From contig CAJINV010000010.1 in assembly GCA_905178155.1 (NCBI GenBank), positions 2,116,778 to 2,180,777 of the forward strand: a DNA stretch of 64,000 nt. The letters run 5' to 3'. Under the pieces are notes generated by a model. The model was not told where the DNA came from. It saw only the letters and a program-made list of their open reading frames with translations, and did no database searches. The position numbers and the translations under genes were made by a program. The DNA comes from Amoebophrya sp. A120 (taxonomy: Eukaryota > Protista > Dinoflagellata). This document shows positions 1 to 9,784 of the stretch, piece by piece; positions within the stretch are counted from its first letter, which is position 1, and each line of letters begins with the position of its first letter.

Positions 1-669
1 CTCCATATTCAGAAACTCAAGAAATTTTCTGAATAGAATCGGAGACAAAATTTTAGTGAGTCCGTCTGCGCGTTGTTCCTCACTTTTTGCATATGATCCC
101 TTGTGTGTGCCATTCTCGACGTTGAACCTTACGAAACAATGCCTAATGTCAATATGTTTGAGTCTGGAATTGGATTCCAGGGACGTGCTACATTTCAAGC
201 ATCCCATATTATCCAAATGCAATGGCATGGGTTGCACAATAGTCCAACCTTTCAACATACCAGATTCCATAACTTCTGCAAGGACATTCTTCAAGTACGT
301 CGAGAGCTTGCACGTTTGCGAAGCTGCATATATTTCGGCTTCAGAAGTACTAGCCGCAGTCCCACTCTGGGTCTCTGCCTTGAAGGCAATTGCACAAGAA
401 TTCAGGTAAATAAGAATCCCAGACGTACAGAATCTGCCCTGTTCTGTTGCCCAATCAGAATCACTCCAACAGTCTAACACTAGCTGCTTGCTCTGTGTGA
501 GCTTCTCGTCTTTGCGGTAAACTAGCCATCTACGCTTGCGCAAATAGCGAATAATACGCCTCAGACACTGGATAGAACTTTGAGTCGTTTTCGCTTTGCT
601 AGCATATTTCAACGCTATCAAGATATCCGGCCTAATGCTGCACAAGTATTGCAGTGAGCCGCATTCATA
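1..669 (-). CDS. Copia RNase H (open to window edge; not in ORF track)
   Basis: Manual translation: GSLQYLCSIRPDI...WSDSDWA...STSEAEIYA...LHLDN...KHIDIRH...QRADGLTK; +1 frame relative to the RT ORF. Confidence 0.9.
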
Positions 670-2281
670 GAGCCATCTTTGGACCGTAAAGAGTTTGATC
701 AGGCTCTTCCAGTGGATCTGGAGCAGTTTGCACTGGCGTACTGTACTCCTTTCCATCTTCTCCTCCAAATTTTTCAAGCAATTTTGTAACATAGGCACCC
801 CCAGACAAGGTAGCGGAGCCATCTACCTTGCTGCGAATGGCTGCAATGCCCAAAACGTCCCAAGTCTGGGCCAACTCATTTTCCTCTGGTGGTTCTTCAA
901 CCAGCTGCAGTTCTTCTTTCAATTCTAAGTATAGTTTTTGAATTGTTTCCGAATCACCCCAGAAAAAGAAGTTGTCGACAAAAACTGTCAGACAAGCGCC
1001 ATCTTTGTGAAAAGCTGTTCGGTCGTTGTAGAACGGCTTCCAACCTTTTTCCAGCAAAATTCTATTCCGATGTAGTGCCCATCCTATACTGGAACGTCGC
1101 AACCCATTCATGCACTTTTGAATTTTACCCACTTGATACCCCAAAAGATTCGATAAGCGAGAATCCAATTGGATCAAAGGCATTTCGTCACCATCCAAAA
1201 GCGGATGGCCAGCTTGCAAAAATGCTGAAGTTGCATCTGCAGAAAATAACTCAACAGTTGGCACATTGGCAAGCAAAGCCAGAAACATCCTAATGATTTG
1301 CATATCGGTAACCCCCACATAGCGCGCGATCCCGTTGTCGGGTGCTAAAAACCCTAAGCAAACCAAACGCGCTTCAAACCTTCCGCATCTTTTCACGCTC
1401 AGAATCAATTTGCACGGGATAAGCTTCTTGTTGGCTTTCTGGTACTCAGAAATTTCTTGGTCCGTAGCCTGTACAAAAACTCCTTTGCGTGCTTTCAATT
1501 CTTTCGCGATAGCTTCCGCCATTTTTGGGTCTTTTTGCTGTTCGGGAGTAAGATTGAAACAAAAATCTTCACTCTCAGCGTCGTGCTCAAAAATCAAATT
1601 TGCCACAAATGCACAGAAGTCCACGATCTGAAACGATTTGTCGTCCTTGTATTGGTCGCGCAAAGCGCTTGCCACTTTTTCAATTTGCTGCTCTTCCAAC
1701 GATCTCAACCGAGTACCCACTCTGTTGCCAGTGGTCCTCTGGTGTGCTTTGATTTGCTTTCTCAGAAGTGCCTGCGTAAGTTCCTTGATTGCTTCTTTTC
1801 GCTTCCCATATGGAATTTTTGTTCCCGGGGAGCCAGGCGATTGTGGCAAAATTTCTGGACAGTCTTCCTTCATTTCACGATAAAGCTCATTGGTGTAGTT
1901 TTTCGTGACTCTAAATCCTTTGTTGGAAATATTAGCACGCTCCATCTGATCCTCGAGGAGAGGAGTGATGGCGTCGCCAGCTGTTCGACTTTCTTCTACA
2001 TCAACAGCGCGAGATGCAAACTCATCAAATTCTTTCACATCCGCGACAGTAGTAGCCTCGGCAACTAGCCTGCTGTCGTCTTTCTTCTTTTTCTGTTTCG
2101 CGTCCAGGGCTGCAGCCCCCGCGCGATTTTCTTTTTCCTTTTTGCTGTCCTTCTCATCCCCTACCTTGAGCGAATCCGATCTCGGTAGGCCAGAGGCCCC
2201 AAGGGTCGGTTTGGATGGGTGGTTGGCCAGCCTCTTTTTCTTTTTCATTTTCCTTATTTTTCTCATTTTCATTTTTCTCAT
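665..2281 (-). CDS. Copia reverse transcriptase segment
   Basis: EARLVCLGF, DATSAFLQ, KCMNGLRRSS, and FVDN in place of YVDD. Confidence 0.9.
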   Translation of the reverse strand: MRKMKMRKIRKMKKKKRLANHPSKPTLGASGLPRSDSLKVGDEKDSKKEKENRAGAAALDAKQKKKKDDSRLVAEATTVADVKEFDEFASRAVDVEESRTAGDAITPLLEDQMERANISNKGFRVTKNYTNELYREMKEDCPEILPQSPGSPGTKIPYGKRKEAIKELTQALLRKQIKAHQRTTGNRVGTRLRSLEEQQIEKVASALRDQYKDDKSFQIVDFCAFVANLIFEHDAESEDFCFNLTPEQQKDPKMAEAIAKELKARKGVFVQATDQEISEYQKANKKLIPCKLILSVKRCGRFEARLVCLGFLAPDNGIARYVGVTDMQIIRMFLALLANVPTVELFSADATSAFLQAGHPLLDGDEMPLIQLDSRLSNLLGYQVGKIQKCMNGLRRSSIGWALHRNRILLEKGWKPFYNDRTAFHKDGACLTVFVDNFFFWGDSETIQKLYLELKEELQLVEEPPEENELAQTWDVLGIAAIRSKVDGSATLSGGAYVTKLLEKFGGEDGKEYSTPVQTAPDPLEEPDQTLYGPKMAL

Positions 2282-5138
2282 TTTCCAAAAATTCAGCTTC
2301 GCAATTTTCTTTCTCTACCTGAGGTTTTTTCGGGGAGCTTCCCGATAAGTCAGGCTTTGGATTTTGTGGCATATTCAATCGCTGTCGGTGTCGTAGCAGT
2401 TCTTCTTTGGCTTCTGGCTTTTGCTGTTCAAATTTTTCAAGGCGATAGCGATCCGATAGCACCGCGCTAGGGTCGCTTTCATCTTGTTGGATTTTGTGCG
2501 TTCGCTTTGCAATGCGAAGAATACTAGGTGGAAAAGTCATCTGGTCAAGTGTAATACGCTGTCTGATATGTGCGGGATGGATTTTGGAATAGAAACCGTT
2601 CCTATCGACCACGTGCGTTTTGCTTGTCGCGTGGTGTTCGATGTAAATCACCTTCACAGGTCCTGCCCAACCTTTAGTGACATCACACCAAATTTCAGCA
2701 AAATCTCCAATCTTAACTGCTGCAGCTTCATGGAAAAATTTGCGCGAAGTCTCAGGAATTTTCTCAAGTTCCGCAACATGATTTTTCTCGCGCTGAAGTG
2801 TTTCATGCTGTGAACGGACTAGCATTCGAAATTTGTAAGCTTCTGATGCTGTCGAGCCATCTCTGTATCTCGGCAAAGCTGGACCCTCGCGGTCCTCCGG
2901 AGATTCGTACAGAGGCGGGCTTTTTGCGTACTGAAACTGGTAGGGAGACAATCCCACTAGAACTGTTGTCGGTCGCTCATTTATCGCAGCTACAGCCTCT
3001 TCAACTACCTTTTGCATAACATTCGGCCCATAAATGAGTCGAAGTCTGGCAATAAGCATTTTGATTGTCAAGTGGCGTCGCTCGATGGGATTACACCAGT
3101 GCGCTGCCACTGGTGCGAAATGCATCTTGCAACCATAGAGCTCACTTTGTTCAACCGCTGCAAGGTTGTAAAATTCCCTTCCTAAATCACGCATGAGATT
3201 CTTTCCCAAAACACCTCGCTCACGGCAAAGGCGTAAAAAATTTACAGTGTCGTCAGCTGTTGGCGCTGCCTTTTTCAAAACTTTCACAACTGAATACTTG
3301 GAAAACAAATTCACGCAGTGTAGCGCTGTGAGTTGTTTACTTTCAAGATAGAACGTGTCCAAGGCACGCCATTCCTCAATAGTTTCAACTTTGATCCCCC
3401 CTTTTTTGTTGTGGTGGAACGGGAGGTGAGTCAAGCGGTTCAGATGCGTTTTGCAATATTCAACCACCAAAGCCTTGGCTGCTTGGCGTGGATCATGCTT
3501 TCGCACAACTTCCCAAACTGTCTGAAAATTTGGATACCCCACGCCATGTGCTAGCTCAGCAACTTTCTCCGCCGTCATTTTCTCAGTGGGCGGAAGTTTT
3601 TCTGCAAATTTTTCCTGTTTTTGTGGAATTTTGGATCCCTGAAAAATCACACGCAGAGGAAAGCGATCGCCACACCCTCGCTGGATTTCAGGTATAGTTT
3701 TTACATCCTCGATCTCCTGCTTGTGCGATTCGCTCACCCAAGCAACATCGATTCGTAGGCCTTTTCCATTTTTATTCTCAAACTCTGGAAGCCCCCAAGT
3801 TGTGCAGGTGTACTGCACCCCCTCAGGATTCAAATCGCGATAGCGATCAACAAGCCTAAACTCTTTCAAAACAGCAGAGCACTCTGCCCGGTCCGCATCG
3901 CGCGTGCCCGGTAGGCCTGCTAAAACAGAATCAAAATCTTTTTCCCCCAAGACATAATCTACATCTCCAACAGCCAAAATCTCTTGCCCCAAAGACTGTA
4001 AGCATTTGCGGAAAGAAGCATCCCACTCATGCGCGTCTTTAGCTCTATTTTGCGCATACACCCCAAGGATTTTCATTGTAGTCAGTCGCGGCATTCGTAA
4101 AACTATTCCTCGACCTTCAGGCAGGTGCGGGGCACAAGAAATCGAACTCTTTTCACACCATGCATCGCGCAGGGCAAGCGCTGCCATGCCTGCTCTGGCA
4201 TTCGCAGTACTGTAAAAATATACTTCATATCTCAAGCCTATCCCATGCAAAACTTTCTCTTTCGCCTGTTTTTCCACTTTCTTCGTCATCCTAGTTTCAC
4301 CCAGGAGGACTAGTGGTGGAGAATTTTCGACAAGTGCCCGTAAGTGCTTCGGCCTCGAAGACAGGACTTTTCGTAGCGATTCACCGTCGTAATAAGTTAC
4401 CTCTTTGCTAACTAGATCAGGCTTGTCATCAGTAGCAAGACAAGACGCAGGATCTAAAGCTTCAGACAAATCCTCATAGAAATTCTGCATTTCTTTGGGG
4501 AGTTTTACGGACGGGGTGGACCTAGACGCAAGGCCCACCGGAATAGGAGTAGCCAGGTCGTGTTTCGCGATTTTGTTTTTCGTTTTCTTCTCTCTTTCTC
4601 TCTTTCTTTTTCGTTTTTCTCCTTCCTGCTTATGGCTATAGAGCTGCCCAGCGAGTTTAGCAGCGCCGAGATACTCTTTTGCAGCGAAGACAGCCGGACC
4701 CATCGTAGTCGACCTCAGCCAATCCTTACTCTCACAAGCCGCATAGTAGTCGGCATCCTGCTCGTAGTAGTCTCCATCCTGCGACCCTTTGACGTTGGTT
4801 CCCATCTTTACGTAGAAGAGATTCTTTTTCTGCAGGATGGGTGTACGCTCTCCATCGGAAAACTCCAAATATTTTTTCTTGAAGTTTATGTCTCCGCCTG
4901 CAGCTACTAGCGCCCCCACTGACAAAATCGACACATTGGCGCCCTTGATAAAATTGACATTGCGGATTTTGCATCGCTTTTCGCCGATTCTACCGCATAA
5001 AGTTCCAATCTTTGTCGCTATTGCTGGGGTGCCGACTGTGCGAAATGGTCGATAAATTTCCTCGGTATTCTTTAGGAATTTTTCTTCCGCTGCGATGTGG
5101 GCCGTGGTTCCACTATCGAGTAAAAAACTTACAGTCAC
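2154..5138 (-). CDS. Pol segment: aspartic protease + ExoIII/APE-like domain + integrase
   Basis: LLDSGTTAHI protease; EEP motifs at ~4406-3642; integrase LDTF...RDLGREF...NPIERRH. Confidence 0.9.
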   Translation of the reverse strand: MTVSFLLDSGTTAHIAAEEKFLKNTEEIYRPFRTVGTPAIATKIGTLCGRIGEKRCKIRNVNFIKGANVSILSVGALVAAGGDINFKKKYLEFSDGERTPILQKKNLFYVKMGTNVKGSQDGDYYEQDADYYAACESKDWLRSTTMGPAVFAAKEYLGAAKLAGQLYSHKQEGEKRKRKREREKKTKNKIAKHDLATPIPVGLASRSTPSVKLPKEMQNFYEDLSEALDPASCLATDDKPDLVSKEVTYYDGESLRKVLSSRPKHLRALVENSPPLVLLGETRMTKKVEKQAKEKVLHGIGLRYEVYFYSTANARAGMAALALRDAWCEKSSISCAPHLPEGRGIVLRMPRLTTMKILGVYAQNRAKDAHEWDASFRKCLQSLGQEILAVGDVDYVLGEKDFDSVLAGLPGTRDADRAECSAVLKEFRLVDRYRDLNPEGVQYTCTTWGLPEFENKNGKGLRIDVAWVSESHKQEIEDVKTIPEIQRGCGDRFPLRVIFQGSKIPQKQEKFAEKLPPTEKMTAEKVAELAHGVGYPNFQTVWEVVRKHDPRQAAKALVVEYCKTHLNRLTHLPFHHNKKGGIKVETIEEWRALDTFYLESKQLTALHCVNLFSKYSVVKVLKKAAPTADDTVNFLRLCRERGVLGKNLMRDLGREFYNLAAVEQSELYGCKMHFAPVAAHWCNPIERRHLTIKMLIARLRLIYGPNVMQKVVEEAVAAINERPTTVLVGLSPYQFQYAKSPPLYESPEDREGPALPRYRDGSTASEAYKFRMLVRSQHETLQREKNHVAELEKIPETSRKFFHEAAAVKIGDFAEIWCDVTKGWAGPVKVIYIEHHATSKTHVVDRNGFYSKIHPAHIRQRITLDQMTFPPSILRIAKRTHKIQQDESDPSAVLSDRYRLEKFEQQKPEAKEELLRHRQRLNMPQNPKPDLSGSSPKKPQVEKENCEAEFLENEKNENEKNKENEKEKEAGQPPIQTDPWGLWPTEIGFAQGRG

Positions 5139-7938
5139 TACGCCGTCTTCTTCTTGTTCCTCGTTCCTTCGCGAAGAAAGCCTGTTCGATTTCTGTCAAA
5201 AAGAAAGTCCGTTCCGAGGACGAAGACTTTTTGCGTTTCTTCGTTTTGTCTTTCTTCTCGCCATCGCCGTAGTGCGACTTCTCCTTCTCGTCTTCGCCGT
5301 AGTACGTTTTTCCTTTTTCGTGCTTGCCTTTGCCTTTGTCCTTGTCTTTTCGCGGCTGCTGCCAAGAATTCCAATGACCATTGTGCGGCTGCCAAGAATT
5401 CCAATGACCATTGTGCTGCTGCCAAGAATTCCAATGGCCATTTTCCTGGTGCCTGTTCTCCCCTGCTTCGTTGTTCCAGTTCTTCGCTGGGTACGGCGTG
5501 GGGCTGAAATTATAGCTATACTCTCCACCTTTTCCGTCCTTTCCGTATTTGCCTTTTCCTTTGCCATCTTTGTCGCCGGCAAAGTAACTGGCACGCTTGT
5601 CGTTCTTCTTTTTCTTTTTCCGGCTTTCTCCGTTGTCGCTGTCATCGGAAGACTCTTCATCTTTCTTTTTTAAAAGTAAGTCCGCATCTGCAGCAGCACT
5701 GGCGAAATCCACAGGCTCCGTCGCTCTTCTCGCCACGATAGCACTGAGGAAGTCGCTATTGCATATCTCTTTGAGAGTTCGAACTTGTTCCGTGCCCGTC
5801 AATTTTAATTGGGAGGCGCGTCGCTCGAACTTCTGTAGAAAAGTTGTACTATTTTCCGACTTCTTTTGTGGCGCCGCCCGCAAAAGTGCCGCTGCACTTT
5901 CCTTACCCTCGTAAAGGCCCACGCACTGAGCCCGAATACTCTTGAATTTTTGCGCAGAACCCCGCAGCTTTCCGCTTTTCATTGCGGTGTCTCTCAGAGT
6001 ACAAAATCGCGCTTTTACTACTGCAGACTGGATGCGATCATCAAGATGCCTCAACAGCGAATAAAGCGAAGCCCTTCGCCGTTGTCGATGCATCCACGTC
6101 GAAAAAGGTTCGGACTGTCCTTCGCGCCAAGCTTGGATGTTGGAAATTTTGTCTCGATTTTTCTTTTTGTCTTTCTTGTGCTTCTTCTTTTCTTTTTTCA
6201 TTTTCTTATCATTTTTGCTCTTCCTGCCCTTTTTCTTGTCATTTTTCTTCTTCTTCTTCTTCTTCTTTTTGTCAGCCTGCGAGCTGCTGCCGCTGCTGCT
6301 GCTGCTCGAACTGCTGCTGCTGCTGGTGCTCGGCTCATCATCATTTTCACTCGAACTCGAACTACTGCTCGAGCTACTGCTGCTGCTGTCGGAACTGTCG
6401 CCGTCGGACGGCGGCCCGTCCTTTTCTTTTCCCTTTTTCCTATTTTTCTTGTTCTTATTTCCACCAGAGCGTTTGCAATTTTTGTCGCCGTCGTCTTTGT
6501 CTCCCCCGCCGGGGTGCGAATTTTTCTTGCCATCTCCGGGGCCCTGTTGCAGCTGTCCCGCGTCGGTATTTTGGTGCTTCCCAGAACTATTTTGTTGGTA
6601 AGAATGCATGCATCCACCCGGATTCTGCGCCTGAGTAAAATCTTGCCCGATCTGGAAACTATCTATTTGCATCGCCATCATACTGGAATCAGCATCAAAT
6701 TTCTGCTCCCCAGCATCAAATTTGTATTCGCCGATACTAGCACCATGCTCCAAAGTTCCCCGATGATCTTGAGCCTGGTGCTGGGGGGTGGAAAATAAAT
6801 TTCGCCGCTGTTGCAGCATCGAGCTCGGCGCTTGCGGTGCTGCTGCTGCTGTTCTTGTCCCGAAGTCGATGCGGTAGCACTTTCCGTCGGACCCAAGAGC
6901 GAAGGAGTGCTGGACAGGTTGAGCTTCAATTATCGGCTGTTCCGGGTCCACCAGCGAGATACTATTTCTCTGCTTCGAAGCCTGTTGCTGCTGCAACTGC
7001 TGCGGTTGCTGCGTATCAGGAGCAGTCGCAGTGGTTGCGTCTGTAGTTGCAATTGCTGCTGCTGGTGCAGCAGTAATTGAAGTTGTTGCTGCTGGCGCAG
7101 TAGTAGTCGAAGTTGTTACTGCTGGCGCACTGGTAGTCGAAGTTGCTGCCGCTGGCACAGTAGTAATCGAAGTTGCTACTACTGGCGCCGCTTTTGCAAT
7201 TGCTGTGGTGTCCGCGGGTGCTGCTGCTGCCGTGGCGTCACCACTGGACTCCGCTCGGTCAGGATTTCTTTTGTAATTCCCGTCCACACCAAGGACATAC
7301 CTTAATCGGTGTTCTTCGTGCGAATACTGCTGGCCGCCCATATTCGCGGCCACTGCCTCCATTTTTCGCGTTTCCTCTTCTTGTTTTTGTTTCTGCCGCT
7401 GCTGCTCCGCCGCTCGTCTTGCTTCTGCCTCCGCTGCCTTCCTTTCTGCCTCTTGTTGCTCGGCTTCCTCTCTTTCCCGGGTCCTCTTCGCTTCTTCCCG
7501 GGCCTGGTGTTCCAGGTGTGCACGCAACTCAGCGGCGTCGCGTTGCTGTTTCTCCTTTCTCAGTTTTCCCGCTGCTGCTGCTCGCTCGCGCTCTGCTGCA
7601 GCGGCTTCACGCTGCTGCTTCCGCTCGTGCTCTTCTCTGGCCGCTTGTCGCGCTAGTTCTTCCCGGTCTTGTTCCGCGACCTGCCGGCGTCGCTCCGCTT
7701 CTTCTTCCGCGGCTGTGCGTCCCCACGAATACTCGCACACATCCCCATCGTCCGGATTGGCCAGGGGCGTAGGCACGCCGGGATCGTTGGACCAACCCGC
7801 CGGGGATGATGTTTTTGCGGTCAAGCAATGCGCGAGCGTCGGCATTTTTGCAACGTAGTTTTTGTGTTGCGCGAGAGCGCAGAAACGATAACGATTTTTC
7901 AAAAAAGTAACGTCGTGGGAATGCGATAGGAAAGACAA
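5113..7938 (-). CDS. Gag-like low-complexity protein of the retrotransposon
   Basis: 941-aa ORF directly upstream of protease; coiled-coil, T/A, S and K tracts; 3x GHWNSWQ repeats; no CCHC knuckle seen. Confidence 0.7.
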   Translation of the reverse strand: MSFLSHSHDVTFLKNRYRFCALAQHKNYVAKMPTLAHCLTAKTSSPAGWSNDPGVPTPLANPDDGDVCEYSWGRTAAEEEAERRRQVAEQDREELARQAAREEHERKQQREAAAAERERAAAAGKLRKEKQQRDAAELRAHLEHQAREEAKRTREREEAEQQEAERKAAEAEARRAAEQQRQKQKQEEETRKMEAVAANMGGQQYSHEEHRLRYVLGVDGNYKRNPDRAESSGDATAAAAPADTTAIAKAAPVVATSITTVPAAATSTTSAPAVTTSTTTAPAATTSITAAPAAAIATTDATTATAPDTQQPQQLQQQQASKQRNSISLVDPEQPIIEAQPVQHSFALGSDGKCYRIDFGTRTAAAAPQAPSSMLQQRRNLFSTPQHQAQDHRGTLEHGASIGEYKFDAGEQKFDADSSMMAMQIDSFQIGQDFTQAQNPGGCMHSYQQNSSGKHQNTDAGQLQQGPGDGKKNSHPGGGDKDDGDKNCKRSGGNKNKKNRKKGKEKDGPPSDGDSSDSSSSSSSSSSSSSENDDEPSTSSSSSSSSSSSGSSSQADKKKKKKKKKNDKKKGRKSKNDKKMKKEKKKHKKDKKKNRDKISNIQAWREGQSEPFSTWMHRQRRRASLYSLLRHLDDRIQSAVVKARFCTLRDTAMKSGKLRGSAQKFKSIRAQCVGLYEGKESAAALLRAAPQKKSENSTTFLQKFERRASQLKLTGTEQVRTLKEICNSDFLSAIVARRATEPVDFASAAADADLLLKKKDEESSDDSDNGESRKKKKKNDKRASYFAGDKDGKGKGKYGKDGKGGEYSYNFSPTPYPAKNWNNEAGENRHQENGHWNSWQQHNGHWNSWQPHNGHWNSWQQPRKDKDKGKGKHEKGKTYYGEDEKEKSHYGDGEKKDKTKKRKKSSSSERTFFLTEIEQAFFAKERGTRRRRRSDCKFFTR

Positions 7939-8749
7939 AAACGCTTAGCTTTTTCAGCGCGTAAAACTGGATATCTCGGCAATAGGCCAGTCGGAGGGGT
8001 TTGGTAGTGTGTGCGCCCGCTTTCTGGCTACTAGGCGCGTCTCAGCTAGAAAAAAAATTAGCGTCGATAGTTTTTAAGCGTAAACGGTGAGAACAGATTT
8101 TTCGTAGTTCTTGTAGCTTTTCCGGTGGCCAAAGCTGAAAAAATTCTAAACCCTGTCGCCGTTGTCTTGCGGCGGTCCAAGTTAAAAAAAAATAAAAATA
8201 AGATCTGTTTTCCCGCGTCAAGGTATGGTAATCATTTTTTAAAACGAGATACCAAGTGGCAGTGATCGGTTGCAAAAAATTGCATGGAAAGACTTAGGTC
8301 GCGCGAGTGCAGGCAATATGGAAAGCATTTACGCCGGTAGCAGTGTGCATGTGTAATCTGAAACAAGTGCAATTCTTTTCCCGGTTGATATGTGGACAGT
8401 TGGCCTCTATGCATCTAAATGCTTCCTGTTCGTAGTGCGATCGCGTTTGTGCAAAAAAAAATTGTGGTCAGGAGCTATACCCTAGAAGCTGAAAACTAAA
8501 AAAAAAATGTAGTCGCTATCGAATGCAAGAGTATTCGGCTTATAATGCAGGTCTCGCCGTTTTTCCAGGATTTTGCTTGAAAATACCTGGAAGGTAAAAA
8601 ATCTACGCTAAAGCTCCAGCAAAAATCTCTTTGAAATGACTACAGCTATTGCGCTTTTTTGTTAAGGTGCTTGCGACCTGCTAAGCAAGTAGATAAAAAA
8701 AAAATTGTCTGTCGCTTAAAAAATTCTTTGGCGCTAGTGGAAACGGTTT

Positions 8750-8760
8750 GGGCTCATACC
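8750..8760 (-). promoter_or_regulatory. Candidate primer-binding site
   Basis: Minus strand CCACA-GA-GGTATGAGCCC resembles the GGTTATG(A/G)GCCC internal tRNA-Met PBS of copia elements. Confidence 0.5.
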
Positions 8761-8762
8761 TC

Positions 8763-9672
8763 TGTGGCTAATCCCGAGCCAAAGCAGACGAATGCTGAAC
8801 ACTATAAACCACCAGAATGCAATGCAAATATAGCAGAGCATTTATGTTCTTATTACAGTTGGAACTTGCCAGCTTGTCATGCAAATTGTATGACTCAAGG
8901 CCTGTGGAGTACATTGCGTCCGTGGGAATTCCATTCGTCAGCATCTTCATAGAATTTGTAATGCTGTTTGCGATTTCATGACTGGATTTGTAATGCTGTT
9001 TATCTCTTTGTGTTCTTGTTTTGTTGTTGTGTTGAGATCTTTATAACATTGAGACTTTATCACTCTGGATCGAGTGTTGAGCATTTTATCGTTGGAGCGT
9101 GAGCATATGCTGACAGGTTTCGACATGAAAAACCTTCCCCGCATGCTATGGCCCCGCCAGGGCCCCCGCCAGGGTCGGCCCCTTGGGAGCCCCAAATCGG
9201 GCCCATAGCATGCGGATTGGCTTTTTGCTTTTGGCGGACTTTGTTTTTTTTTGTTTTTTTTATTAAAATGCCGCATCTTCTGGCCATAAGTCCGCCTCTG
9301 AAGTGGCGGATTTTGGTGGCGTCTTTTGCGGGGCCCGAATGTAAGCCAAAATGGGGCCCATACTGTGCGGATTCGCTGTTTTTTTCGGATTGTTGCTTTT
9401 CGGGCCCCCCTTTCTGGGCGCCCCAAACCGCTAGAAACTAAGGCGGTGGGCGCCTCAGAAGGGCGCCCCTTTTGCCGGCTCCCCTGCGTCGTTTTATCGA
9501 GCGGGAGTCGATAGCTTTCGACCGAGCTTGTTTGACGGCAAAGCCCCGCCCGCTTGATAATTGAAAATTTTTTATGTCCAAAAACACTTCCGCCCGCTTG
9601 ATAACTGCCGGGCGTTTTGCTGTCTGACTGGCAAAAAAACCGCTAGGATAGAACGTTCGTGACCTCACTACA
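8763..9672 (-). repeat. Candidate 5' LTR
   Basis: TGTAG...CCACA termini between introner break and PBS; internal duplicated CCGCCCGCTTGATAA; second LTR not in window. Confidence 0.45.
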
Positions 9673-9784
9673 TACAAATTTCCTCAGCATGAGAAATGAA
9701 ATTTGTAATGCAGATTTGCCTTGGGAACAAGATTTGTAATGCAAGACCTGCATTTATACGAGTACGATACTTTTGCACAGGATA
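9673..9784. mobile_element. Introner F2, interrupted by the copia element
   Basis: One intact end (...TACGATACTTTTGCACAGGATA); body breaks at TACAAATTTCCTCAGC. Confidence 0.75.

Larger units (their letters stand above)
1..9672 (-). mobile_element. Ty1/copia LTR retrotransposon, 3' end beyond window, frameshifted
   Basis: Copia domain order gag-PR-(EEP)-INT-RT-RH on the minus strand; candidate PBS and 5' LTR upstream of gag; begins where an F2 introner is abruptly interrupted. Confidence 0.9.

Noticed and set aside
5095-7772. Long plus-strand ORFs over gag
   Set aside because: Antisense shadows of low-complexity coding sequence
9344-9354. 11-nt match to dinoflagellate spliced leader core CCATTTTGGCT (minus strand)
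   Set aside because: Flanks do not match and it is not at a gene 5' end; plausible by chance
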